Below are positions 48,313 to 57,172 of a DNA stretch of 64,000 bases, piece by piece. Position numbers and translations under genes: made by a program. This DNA comes from Candidatus Kerfeldbacteria bacterium. GTDB taxonomy: Bacteria > Patescibacteriota > Patescibacteriia > SBBC01 > CAIJZX01. The notes under the pieces were generated by a model. The model worked only from the letters and a program-made list of their open reading frames with translations. It searched no databases and was not told where the DNA came from. Each line of letters starts with the position of its first letter. The stretch's first letter is position 1. The stretch covers positions 1,106 through 65,105 of the forward strand of contig CAIJZX010000028.1 in NCBI GenBank assembly GCA_903825245.1, written 5' to 3'.

Positions 48313-50703
48313 ATGGGTTCCGTTACGGAAATAATACACATGAACGACACGACAACCAATACAAAGATTTCGCAACGAACGAGAGTCGTCGCCCTTGGTC
48401 TCATCGCCGCAGGCACTATTTTTGCTGCCGCGGCAATTATCTTCGGTTTCTCCAAGTCGTCATCAAACACCAGCACCACGGAAATTCGCCTCAGTGGTGT
48501 CGTTCGCGACGTGGTTATCGACACCATCGATCGACCGTCGGGTGACCAATATTACCTGGAGACGCCCGATGGACAGCACATTCTCCTTTCTCTGCCTACG
48601 ACCCTGCCAGCCCCCGGTAGTGGCGACAACATCACCGTTACCGGTAGCCGACATGGCGACACGTTCTCCGTCACGTCCGTCATGCCAACGAACAACACAA
48701 CCGCGGAAGTTCACGCAGCGTCCTTGGGTTCAGTCAGTGCACTATCGGCCACGCCGACCGAGTACCATGTTCTCGTCGTGATGGGTTATTATTCCGGGCA
48801 AGCCGTTCCAACGACGCCGACTCAGAGCGATGTACAGACGGTCATGTTTGGTTCTTCGCCGAGTGTGGCTGACTTCTATCAGGACAATTCGTTCGGCCAT
48901 GTGCACGTGACGGGAATCGTCACGCCGTGGATTCCCGTGACCGGCTCGGAGTCGGGGAACATTAATACTTCGGCGAGCATGGCTCTCCAGGCGGCAAAAA
49001 CCGCGGATCCGACGCTCGACTTAAAACAGTTCCAACACGTCGTTTTCATCTCACCCTATACGAGTAATACACTTCCGGACGCCTATTCGGTCGTCGGACC
49101 GCTATCGGTATCGTCTCCGGACGGCCCGCTCACTATCTCGGTAGAGATGGTGCGCTCGACCATCAATCAACTTCCGCGGACGACACTCCTGCTACCATAT
49201 ATCCTCATCCACGAGTTCGGCCATGGACTCGGCCTCGGTCACGCCGGATTACTCGGTTGCACCGACGTCCCGATTGCAACGACATGCCGGGTCATGGAAT
49301 ACGCGGATCGGTTCGATGTCATGGGTGGTGCCTACGAGCTTTCGTACGCCGAGGATTTGAATGCAGCACACCTCGACAAACTCGGCTGGCTCGATTCCTC
49401 CAACCTGCAGCTCGTCGATGTGAATCCCGGACAGGGCGGCACGTATACCCTCGAGCCGATCGAGAATCGGACGACCGGTCTTAAGGCACTCAAGATACCG
49501 CGTGGTAACGACGATTACTTCTACGTCGAATACCGTCAGCCGATCGGGTACGATACAGCTATCGACGATCCGCTACTGTTCACCGGTGCACTTCTGCATG
49601 TGTTGAATTTTGGCAGTTATCCTAACTCGCTTGGTTCCGATACGCTGGTTATTGATCCGAACCAACATCCTTCGGCTTTCAAGAATGACAGCCTGAAAGT
49701 TGGGTCATCGCTTACCGATCCGATTACCGGTGTCGTTATCACGACTACCGCGCAGGATGCGAACGGCGTTACCGTCCGCGTCGACCCGGCCACGAAACCG
49801 ATTGTCACTGACCTTCCGCCTACCGTTACGATCACCGCCCCGCAAAGCGGTTCGACCGTCACTTCCCCCGTCACCTTTTCGGCAACTATCGACGATGACC
49901 ACGGCGTCTCGACATCGCGATTTTACGTCGATTGTCCGGCGACAAGCTCCCTCGCGTCGTGCTCGTATACGTACCAAGGGTATCCGTATCAGATGAGCAA
50001 GGTGCTCGCGACCGGCGCGCACTCTATTCAAGTTACCGCCGACGACTACACCGGTCATCGGACTTCAAGCCCGCGCGTCGTATTCACCGTGGGAACTGCG
50101 CCAGCTACGGTCCCGGCTACTACTGTCACACCGCCGACTGTTCCCCCGCCGACAACCACTATCGCCCCGCCGATTGTTGCGGTGTCCGGTCTCGTCAATG
50201 GGAAGACGGCTGTCGGCCAGAAGACCACGCTCGTCGTCAAGGGCACAACAAGTACGATCTCTTCGGCAGTATTGAAGGTCGATGGAAAAAATGTCTATAA
50301 GCGGACGACTGCTCCATTCTCCTTCTATGTCGATTCGCCCGCCTATCCAAATGGTGCCCATACCGTCAGCCTTGTTGTCACCCAGACGAATGGTGTTATC
50401 ACGACAAAGAACGTTACGGTAGTCACCAGCAACTCGTTATCGGTGTCGATTAGTGCACCCGCCAAGAACGCGAAGGTGAAAAAGTCTGTGATCATTAGCC
50501 CGACGGTCCGCGGTGGCTATGGCACGAAAAGCATCGCCTATACGCTCGATGGAAAAAAACTCGCCACGACAACGAAAACACCATTTAGTTATTCATGGAA
50601 TACAACCAAAACGAAAATCGGCACGCATACGATCACGGTCAAGGTCACGGACAAGAAGGGCAAGACGGCATCCGCATCCGTCAAGGTTAAAGTGACGCGT
50701 TAA
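48313..50703 (+). CDS. secreted zinc metalloprotease (metzincin-type HExxHxxGxxH) with multiple C-terminal Ig-like domains
   Basis: N-terminal TM/signal. Catalytic ILIHEFGHGLGLGHAG. The C-terminal ~300 aa have repeated beta-sandwich modules (TVTITAPQSGSTVTSPVTFSAT..., SVSISAPAKNAKVKKSVIISPTV...). Confidence 0.6.
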   Translation: MGSVTEIIHMNDTTTNTKISQRTRVVALGLIAAGTIFAAAAIIFGFSKSSSNTSTTEIRLSGVVRDVVIDTIDRPSGDQYYLETPDGQHILLSLPTTLPAPGSGDNITVTGSRHGDTFSVTSVMPTNNTTAEVHAASLGSVSALSATPTEYHVLVVMGYYSGQAVPTTPTQSDVQTVMFGSSPSVADFYQDNSFGHVHVTGIVTPWIPVTGSESGNINTSASMALQAAKTADPTLDLKQFQHVVFISPYTSNTLPDAYSVVGPLSVSSPDGPLTISVEMVRSTINQLPRTTLLLPYILIHEFGHGLGLGHAGLLGCTDVPIATTCRVMEYADRFDVMGGAYELSYAEDLNAAHLDKLGWLDSSNLQLVDVNPGQGGTYTLEPIENRTTGLKALKIPRGNDDYFYVEYRQPIGYDTAIDDPLLFTGALLHVLNFGSYPNSLGSDTLVIDPNQHPSAFKNDSLKVGSSLTDPITGVVITTTAQDANGVTVRVDPATKPIVTDLPPTVTITAPQSGSTVTSPVTFSATIDDDHGVSTSRFYVDCPATSSLASCSYTYQGYPYQMSKVLATGAHSIQVTADDYTGHRTSSPRVVFTVGTAPATVPATTVTPPTVPPPTTTIAPPIVAVSGLVNGKTAVGQKTTLVVKGTTSTISSAVLKVDGKNVYKRTTAPFSFYVDSPAYPNGAHTVSLVVTQTNGVITTKNVTVVTSNSLSVSISAPAKNAKVKKSVIISPTVRGGYGTKSIAYTLDGKKLATTTKTPFSYSWNTTKTKIGTHTITVKVTDKKGKTASASVKVKVTR

Positions 50704-50815
50704 TCCGAGGTTAACCGGATTCGCATCTTACCTCCACAACCTCTCCTGCCTGAGGAGGGGTGGCATTATGCACTAAAGGTGGAGGAGATTTTTGTTTTGG
50801 CATGATGTAAAGGGA

Positions 50816-50844
50816 TTGACAAATTTTCTAAAAGAAGATAACCT
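50816..50844 (+). promoter_or_regulatory. sigma70 promoter (GGGATTGACA type)
   Basis: AGGGATTGACA-N17-TAACCT. Confidence 0.4.
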
Positions 50845-50891
50845 CGGCTCACAAAAAACTGCTCGTCGCACTTTTCCAACGGAGGGAGTAC

Positions 50892-51314
50892 ATGACTGAA
50901 TCGGTAGTGGGTAAGATCCGTATTCGGCCGACGGGTAAGAAGTTGTTCTTCGGATGCAACCAGCTCGTCCGCAGTACGTATGGGATCTTTGCCACCTGCG
51001 AGAAGAAAGAGGAAGTGTTTGAAGTGTCCCTCGACATCAGCGTCGCCAAGCGATTTTACAAGGGCATGACGGAAGTACTCGAAGCATATGCGCAGACCCA
51101 TGGCATGGTCTACCGCAATCGCGGTACATGGTGCGGTTCGTACGAGTACACCCTGTCCCAGGAACATGAGCACATCAAGCCCGCTCGACAATCAGTTCGG
51201 GAGCACGTGCTCAACTTGATCAAGCAAGTGCAAGGCGTGATCATTGTCCAGGGGCGCGGAGAACTCCTGAATAGACGGATCCGAGCCAAGCGCAAGCGTT
51301 ACCAGAACGGCTAG
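50892..51314 (+). CDS. hypothetical protein
   Basis: 140-aa ORF with RBS GGAGGG, its own promoter and terminator. Confidence 0.4.
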   Translation: MTESVVGKIRIRPTGKKLFFGCNQLVRSTYGIFATCEKKEEVFEVSLDISVAKRFYKGMTEVLEAYAQTHGMVYRNRGTWCGSYEYTLSQEHEHIKPARQSVREHVLNLIKQVQGVIIVQGRGELLNRRIRAKRKRYQNG

Positions 51315-51338
51315 CGGTTATCACCGCCAACATTACTA

Positions 51339-51376
51339 CCCCACCCATTCCTTCGGGAATCGGTGGGGCTTTTTTC
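51339..51376 (+). terminator. rho-independent terminator (module ...CATTCCTTCGGGAATCGGTGGGG-T-run)
   Basis: 13-bp stem CCCCACCCATTCC/GGAATCGGTGGGG (one mismatch) with loop TTCG, followed by TTTTTTCTG. Confidence 0.55.
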
Positions 51377-51395
51377 TGTTTGTTGCGCGCGAATA

Positions 51396-51424
51396 TTGAC
51401 AAAGAGACCCATTTGTGATAACTT
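51396..51424 (+). promoter_or_regulatory. sigma70 promoter
   Basis: TTGACA-N17-TAACTT. Confidence 0.4.
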
Positions 51425-51471
51425 CTGCTGTTCGTTCTAGGCAGTTCATTCAACAAACCCGGAGGCACACC

Positions 51472-52032
51472 ATGCCCGAACCGAAACAAGGAACCAGTAG
51501 TATCGGCCTACCGATGCATTATTCGGCCGGCGCAGTTATTCAGGATGATCACGGCAGGTATCTGCTGATCGATCGGGTCAAGCCGCCGTTCGGGTGGGCT
51601 GGACCGGCCGGTCATGTCGACGAAGGCGAAGACGCGCTGACGGCGGTCCAGCGCGAAGTGCTCGAGGAAACCGGCCTGACGGTCGTCGAGTCCGAACTGC
51701 TCTTCGCTGAGGAAATCGTCGGCAACTACTGCCGCCGCGGTACCACGATTCATCATTGGTCGCTCTACCGCTGTCGCGTGACGGGCGAACTCAAGACGAA
51801 GCCCGACGAGGTCAAGAGCTTCCGCTGGATTTCGGCGGAGGAACTGACGACGCTCCAGCTCGAGCCGGTCTGGATGTACTGGTTCGACAAACTCGGCATC
51901 TGCAATGTCGACCAGTGTGAAGGGGAGAACATCCTTCGCTGCGCGGAGTGTTCAGCTCCAATCGTCGACGGTTTCTGCCCACGATGCGGATTCGCACCGT
52001 CGGCACAGGATATGTACATCGGTATCAAGTAA
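51472..52032 (+). CDS. Nudix hydrolase with C-terminal zinc-ribbon
   Basis: RBS GGAGG. Nudix box GHVDEGEDALTAVQREVLEETGL. C-terminal CEGENILRCAEC...CPRCGF. Confidence 0.75.
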   Translation: MPEPKQGTSSIGLPMHYSAGAVIQDDHGRYLLIDRVKPPFGWAGPAGHVDEGEDALTAVQREVLEETGLTVVESELLFAEEIVGNYCRRGTTIHHWSLYRCRVTGELKTKPDEVKSFRWISAEELTTLQLEPVWMYWFDKLGICNVDQCEGENILRCAECSAPIVDGFCPRCGFAPSAQDMYIGIK

Positions 52033-52036
52033 CACG

Positions 52037-52075
52037 CTCCACTCATTCCTCCGGGAATCGGTGGGGTTTTTCTTT
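52037..52075 (+). terminator. rho-independent terminator (same module as 51339)
   Basis: ...CATTCCTCCGGGAATCGGTGGGG followed by TTTTTCTTTT. Confidence 0.5.
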
Positions 52076-52253
52076 TCTCCCATCTTGACACGCTTCATTT
52101 TTTCTGGTAAGAACATGCTGGCTACAAAGCGTAGCTCACTCAGTCGTGCTGATAGTCAGCGGCGCTAACCTGCTGACGGATCGATTGAGGACAATCGTGA
52201 TGCGAGTACCATCGCGGTGACAGCACCTTTCAACTACTTCGACGGGGGAACAC

Positions 52254-52778
52254 ATGTCTGCGAAAACCGGACTTCCCGACACGCTCAACGTTTTGGCCGG
52301 TAAACTGGTTCTGTTGTTCACCAGTGCCATTTCGTTGATTGCCGACAACCATCGCGACAACGACCAGATTCGTTTGCTCATGAAGGCGCTCCAGTTGTTC
52401 AAGGAGAACAAGCTGATCGGCGTCATGTCTCGTGATGATAAGCCGGGAGACGCCCTGGTGTCGTTTCGCGCCGACTTGCGCGAGTTCGATCGCCAGCTGG
52501 TGACGAATCGCGTGTTCGTTCATTTCGGGAATCGCGTGCACAGAATGTTAGTTGTCGCCAAGATCACGACGCTGGCGCAGTTGCTGTCGGCGACCCGAGA
52601 CGAATTGATGTTGTATCGCGTGGCCGGGGCGACGGCGCTCGATACCCTTGAGTCCGACTTGCGCGAGTTCGATCTCCATCTCGGCATGACGCCGGAAGAG
52701 ATTCAGGCGAAGTTGCCGGAACTTAGGGAGGAAGCGCTCGATCTGTTGGCTCATCCCAGGCCTCGCCGCCGTTGGTAA
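52254..52778 (+). CDS. hypothetical protein with two HhH-like repeats (RNA polymerase alpha-CTD-like?)
   Basis: Internal repeat ...SFRADLREFDRQL / ...LESDLREFDLHLG. AKITTLAQLLSATRDELMLYRVAGATALDTLE resembles an alpha-CTD helix-hairpin-helix. GC-rich. Confidence 0.3.
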   Translation: MSAKTGLPDTLNVLAGKLVLLFTSAISLIADNHRDNDQIRLLMKALQLFKENKLIGVMSRDDKPGDALVSFRADLREFDRQLVTNRVFVHFGNRVHRMLVVAKITTLAQLLSATRDELMLYRVAGATALDTLESDLREFDLHLGMTPEEIQAKLPELREEALDLLAHPRPRRRW

Positions 52779-52793
52779 CACGATCGTTCATTT

Positions 52794-52826
52794 CCGCCAC
52801 GTCTTTGGACCTGGCGGTTTTTTCTT
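52794..52826 (+). terminator. rho-independent terminator
   Basis: Stem CCGCCA/TGGCGG followed by TTTTTTC. Confidence 0.5.
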
Positions 52827-52926
52827 TCCTTCGTTTAATCCCCAATTGGTGTGAGGGTCTTTACGTCGGCCATAGCGGGGTGTAAAAGAAAAAAGCAGGG
52901 AACGTGATGTCTCCCTGCTCGTAGAG

Positions 52927-53235
52927 CTAATCCTCCTCGTCGAGTTCATACCCGTAGTTCGAGTAGAACGCCCCTTCGACGAGCCGGTCGATCTCGGCTT
53001 TTCCGACTCTCCATCCGAGGTTGAACGAGGCGGAGTAGTTCCGCCATTGTCCATCGCGGATAGTGTTGTCGTCGAAACCGTAGGCATAGCCGCGGTCCCA
53101 CGACGCCATGTTCTCGCCAGTCGGGTCGAGAACCGGACAACCGTTGTTGTGTCCGCCGATCGAATGCGGACGGTGACAGAAGTAGCAACGGGTGCTGCTG
53201 ACCGATCCGGCCATGGCCATCCCCCTGTTACTCAC
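52927..53235 (-). CDS. small Cys/His-containing hypothetical protein
   Basis: 102 aa with CYFCHRPHSIGGHNNGCP. It is driven by a minus-strand GGGATTGACA promoter: RC of 53296-53330 reads CAGGGATTGACA-N17-TAACCT. Confidence 0.4.
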   Translation of the reverse strand: MSNRGMAMAGSVSSTRCYFCHRPHSIGGHNNGCPVLDPTGENMASWDRGYAYGFDDNTIRDGQWRNYSASFNLGWRVGKAEIDRLVEGAFYSNYGYELDEED

Positions 53236-53452
53236 AGAGAGATAGACCCGACGGGTTTCGGGTATTCCTATCCATCTATGAGAGTAAGTGGCGACAGGTT
53301 AGCACGGATTTTGGTTTTTGTCAATCCCTGACGGCCGCGCCTCCGTCCCTGCCCCAGCCCGCGCGGAGCCTGTGCCCGCGCAGGCGGGCATTGCATTTCA
53401 CTATGGCGGGGTGTAGGCTATGGTGGTTCAAGTATTGCCCTACTAACATACT

Positions 53453-54268
53453 ATGCAGTTAAGAGAAATTTATTCTAATTTGGGACTTACGGCCGACCTG
53501 CGTTCTGAAATAAAGAAAATGAACGTTAGGTTAAATCGTATTGTTGGCTGGATAATAGAAGATCCAGATTTTTTTACAGTTGAAGAACAGGAGTCATCAA
53601 TTCTAGATATATTGAATTATGAACTTGGAGCGGACCATAGTGGACTGGATGATTTTATTAGATATGGCGACACCGAAGAGTCTCTAAAAGATAATCTTCT
53701 TGCCATTCAATTAATTTTAGAATCAATAAAAAGCAATTCAGATTGGAATCGTTCACATGAAAGGTATTCAAAAGCTATCGAAATTGCATTAAATAAATCC
53801 CTTGTAGATTCAGGCTATATCGTTAAAGATGGTGTTTTACTAAAGTCAGGAGCTAAAGAATTGGACGAGCAACTTATTATTGCCAACTTAGTCTGGTTAG
53901 AAAAATACCCTCAAATTAAGGAACCGTTTAGCAATTCTTTACAGCATTATTTACAAAAGAAGTACAAAGACTCAATAACAAATTCATATAGTGCTTTAGA
54001 AGCTAGTGTCAAAATGTTACTAAAAACGAAATCGGGTTTAGATAACGATAAAACGATTGGTTTGTTTATTGCAAGATTGGGCCTGGAGAAGGAATGGGAA
54101 GCTGTCCTTACAAAATATTGTAAAGCCGCACACGAGTTTTCATCAAGGCATGGGAAGATTGAGGAAGGTCTAAAAGACAAGCAACTTCCTGAAAAGGCTG
54201 AGTTTTTTATTTATATGACCGGGACTTTTTTAAGACTAATTAGTCGTTTATCTTCGGAAGTTAAATAA
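53453..54268 (+). CDS. hypothetical protein (AT-rich island)
   Basis: 271-aa helical ORF in strongly AT-rich DNA. No recognised family. Confidence 0.4.
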   Translation: MQLREIYSNLGLTADLRSEIKKMNVRLNRIVGWIIEDPDFFTVEEQESSILDILNYELGADHSGLDDFIRYGDTEESLKDNLLAIQLILESIKSNSDWNRSHERYSKAIEIALNKSLVDSGYIVKDGVLLKSGAKELDEQLIIANLVWLEKYPQIKEPFSNSLQHYLQKKYKDSITNSYSALEASVKMLLKTKSGLDNDKTIGLFIARLGLEKEWEAVLTKYCKAAHEFSSRHGKIEEGLKDKQLPEKAEFFIYMTGTFLRLISRLSSEVK

Positions 54269-54273
54269 ACCTC

Positions 54274-54429
54274 ATGGCCAAAGAAGTTGTAAAATTTATC
54301 GCCACAAAGTATAAAAATAAGCCAGTAAAAATTAGTTTTTATACAAAAACCGGAGAAGAGGTTAACTTTAGGGCAACGCATAAAGTAGCTTCAAAAGTTG
54401 TTGTTAAGTTTCAATCAAAGAAAAAATAG
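54274..54429 (+). CDS. small hypothetical protein (51 aa), not in ORF track
   Basis: ATG 54274 to TAG 54427-54429: MAKEVVKFIATKYKNKPVKISFYTKTGEEVNFRATHKVASKVVVKFQSKKK. It sits 5 nt after the upstream stop and 3 nt before the RusA-like gene. Confidence 0.3.
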   Translation: MAKEVVKFIATKYKNKPVKISFYTKTGEEVNFRATHKVASKVVVKFQSKKK

Positions 54430-54432
54430 TCC

Positions 54433-54876
54433 GTGTCCAGCCATTACTTGGATTATCAATTCGGATTTCCAGAGATAATTCCGTCGAGCAATCGTCATAA
54501 ACAGTCGTTTCATGCTTTTAATGGACTAATATCAAAGGCGATTAATAGTGGATTGCCAGATGTTGATCTATTTCCTACTACAAACCCAGTTTTAATTATT
54601 ATTTTGCAATTTTTTAAGTTTCAAACAGAATACGATCGCAGAGACGTTGATAACATGAGTAAGACAATGCTCGATACCCTTAAAGGAAAATTATTTAATG
54701 ACGATGTTCAAGTGAAAACTTTAATAGTTAGTAAACATGTTGAAAGAAGAATTCCTGAAAATTTTATATTTGTCGGTATAAAAATCACGACAACTGACCA
54801 GGATACTGGAATGATACAAGCTAACAAGGCGGAAGCAATAGCATTATATAAACAGTCGAAACCAACCGAAGCCTGA
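54433..54876 (+). CDS. rusA: RusA-family crossover junction endodeoxyribonuclease
   Basis: RRDVDNMSKTMLDTLKGKLFNDDVQVKTLIVSK matches E. coli RusA [28 protein letters not shown] (catalytic D-x-DN...K...D). Confidence 0.6.
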   Translation: MSSHYLDYQFGFPEIIPSSNRHKQSFHAFNGLISKAINSGLPDVDLFPTTNPVLIIILQFFKFQTEYDRRDVDNMSKTMLDTLKGKLFNDDVQVKTLIVSKHVERRIPENFIFVGIKITTTDQDTGMIQANKAEAIALYKQSKPTEA

Positions 54877-54901
54877 TACATATTCTAGTTGCAAATTAAA
54901 A

Positions 54902-54928
54902 CCACCCTCTTTCGAGGGCGGTTTTTTA
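54902..54928 (+). terminator. rho-independent terminator
   Basis: Stem CCACCCTC/GAGGGCGG with loop tttc, followed by TTTTTT. Confidence 0.5.
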
Positions 54929-54936
54929 ACCCGAGT

Positions 54937-55038
54937 TACGCTCGCATTCCCGCATCCATCGGTTTCATCATAGGCTTTTGTGGTTGAGGGAGTTCCTCAA
55001 TCAGCGGAGCCGTAAATTGTGAGTTGTACAGACTCGCC
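54937..55038 (-). pseudogene. relic 3' fragment of an ABC exporter gene (C-terminal ~33 codons)
   Basis: The minus-strand translation ASLYNSQFTAPLIEELPQPQKPMMKPMDAGMRA* parallels the true C-terminus of the adjacent exporter (FYASLYNSQFTAPLIEEAPMPIKPMRPAMAGGKA*). It forms a ~65-bp imperfect direct repeat with 55122-55190. Confidence 0.5.
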
Positions 55039-55090
55039 CCGCATCACTCGCTTGCGCGAGCGTGCGGGGTAAACTCCGAACCCATTCGCC

Positions 55091-57172
55091 TTAGGCTTTT
55101 CCTCCTGCCATTGCCGGTCGCATAGGCTTGATTGGCATCGGTGCTTCTTCAATAAGCGGGGCAGTAAATTGAGAGTTATATAGTGAAGCGTAGAAACCTT
55201 TGGCGGCTAGCAATTCGTCGTGCTTGCCTTGTTCGACGATGTTGCCGTCTTTCATGACGAGGATCAGGTCGGCGTTCTTGATCGTGGACAGGCGGTGGGC
55301 GATGACGAAGCTCGTCTTATCGTGCATCAGGCGGTCCATCGCTTGTTGGATCAGGATTTCCGTGCGCGTGTCGACCGAGCTCGTGGCTTCGTCGAGGATG
55401 AGCATCGGCGTCTTGATCAACATCGCGCGGGCGATCGTCAGCAACTGCTTTTCACCTTGCGAGATGTTGTTCGCTTCTTCGTCGAGGACCATGTCGTAGC
55501 CCTTCGGGAGGGAATGGACGAAGTGGTCGACGTGAGCGGCTTTGGCCGCTTCGATGACCTCGGCTTCCGTGGCTTCCGGGTGGCCGTAGGCGATGTTATC
55601 GCGGATGGTGCCGTTGAAGAGCCAGGTGTCTTGGAGAACCATGCCGAAGAGTTTGCGGACATCAGCGCGAGCCATGGTGCGCGTATCGACGCCATCGACT
55701 TTGATCGAACCGCTGGTCACGTCGTAGAAGCGCATCAACAGGTTGACCATGGTGGTCTTGCCGGCGCCGGTCGGACCGACGATGGCCACGCGTTGTCCGG
55801 GTTCGATCTTGGCCGTAAAGCCGTGGATGATTTCCTTATCAGGGGAGTAGCCGAAGTGGACGTTATCGAATTCGACTTCACCTTTGACATTGGAAATGTC
55901 TTTCGCGCCGACGGCATCTTTCGACTCTTCTTCCTCAGCCAGGAATTCGAATACGCGTTCCGCGGCGGCGGCTGTCGATTGCATGACGTTGGCCACGTTG
56001 GCGGTCTGGACGACCGGTTGGTTGAACTGCTGGACGTAGGAAATGAAGGCCTGAATGTCGCCGATGTTGATCTTGCCGTTGATGGCGAGCCAACCGCCGA
56101 CAATCGCGACGCCGACGTAACCGATGTTACCGATCACGGTCATCATCGGGAACATCAGGCCGGAGAGGAATTGCGATTTCCAAGCCGTGCCGAAGAGTTC
56201 CTTGTTGAAACCGGTGAAGGTTTTGATCGAGCGTTCCTGGCCGTTGAAGACTTTCATGACTGTGTGGCCGCCGAACATTTCTTCGATGTGGCCATTCAAG
56301 TGGCCGAGGGTTTCTTGCTGTTTCACGAAGAAGGCTTGCGATTTCTTGACCACCAAGGCGAGCAGGCCGAAGCTCATCGGGAGAGTAACGAGTGCGACCA
56401 GCGTCATTTGCCAACTGATGGAGAGCATCATGCCGAGAATGCCGAGTATCATCGTGACGGAGGTGATGATCTGCGTCATCGATTGGTTGAGCGTCTGGCC
56501 GACGGTGTCGATATCGTTCGTGACGCGGCTTAAGACTTCGCCGTAGGTCGTCTTATCGAAGTACCGGAGCGGCATGCGGCCGATTTTTTCCGCCAGGTCT
56601 TTGCGGAACTGGTAGGTGATTTTCTGCGTGACGTTGGTCATGATCAACCCTTGGATGAAGTTGAAGACCATGCTAATCACATACAGAATGAGCAACTCGA
56701 TAGCGATCTTACGCAAGATGTCGTAGTGGAAAATCGGACGGACAGAGAGATCGAGCGAGCTCAGCGTCTTCTGAATGCTCGACGGAATATTCTTTGTGGC
56801 CGCGGCCGGAAGTCTGGCTAAGAATTGCGCGCCGGTGGTGCCGGCCGGGATTTTTGTACCTTTTGGTAACTGCGCGGTAAATTGATTGTAGGCCGTGCGG
56901 TTGATGAAATCGGTGACGATGTGATTCGTCATATTCCCGAGAATCTTCGGGCTGGCGATGGCGAAGCCGGTGCTGGCAATCGTGAAGACAAAGACGAGGA
57001 TGATGTGCCACTTATACGGCGACATGTATTTCACGAGCTGTTTGATTGTGCCCTTGAAGTTCTTCGCTTTCTGCCCCGGCATCATCATCATCGGACCGCC
57101 GCGACCCATCGGACCCATCGGTCGCGGTGGCGTTACTGGCGCTTTTTCTTTCATTGGTGGTTGGTTGCTCAT
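55091..57172 (-). CDS. ABC exporter permease/ATPase fusion (type I exporter), subunit B of a heterodimeric pair
   Basis: 6-TM domain plus NBD with Walker A GPTGAGKTT, signature ISQGEKQLLTIARAM, Walker B ILDEATSSVD. Proline/Met/Gly-rich N- and C-terminal tails (PMGPMGRGGPMMMMPG). Confidence 0.85.
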   Translation of the reverse strand: MSNQPPMKEKAPVTPPRPMGPMGRGGPMMMMPGQKAKNFKGTIKQLVKYMSPYKWHIILVFVFTIASTGFAIASPKILGNMTNHIVTDFINRTAYNQFTAQLPKGTKIPAGTTGAQFLARLPAAATKNIPSSIQKTLSSLDLSVRPIFHYDILRKIAIELLILYVISMVFNFIQGLIMTNVTQKITYQFRKDLAEKIGRMPLRYFDKTTYGEVLSRVTNDIDTVGQTLNQSMTQIITSVTMILGILGMMLSISWQMTLVALVTLPMSFGLLALVVKKSQAFFVKQQETLGHLNGHIEEMFGGHTVMKVFNGQERSIKTFTGFNKELFGTAWKSQFLSGLMFPMMTVIGNIGYVGVAIVGGWLAINGKINIGDIQAFISYVQQFNQPVVQTANVANVMQSTAAAAERVFEFLAEEEESKDAVGAKDISNVKGEVEFDNVHFGYSPDKEIIHGFTAKIEPGQRVAIVGPTGAGKTTMVNLLMRFYDVTSGSIKVDGVDTRTMARADVRKLFGMVLQDTWLFNGTIRDNIAYGHPEATEAEVIEAAKAAHVDHFVHSLPKGYDMVLDEEANNISQGEKQLLTIARAMLIKTPMLILDEATSSVDTRTEILIQQAMDRLMHDKTSFVIAHRLSTIKNADLILVMKDGNIVEQGKHDELLAAKGFYASLYNSQFTAPLIEEAPMPIKPMRPAMAGGKA

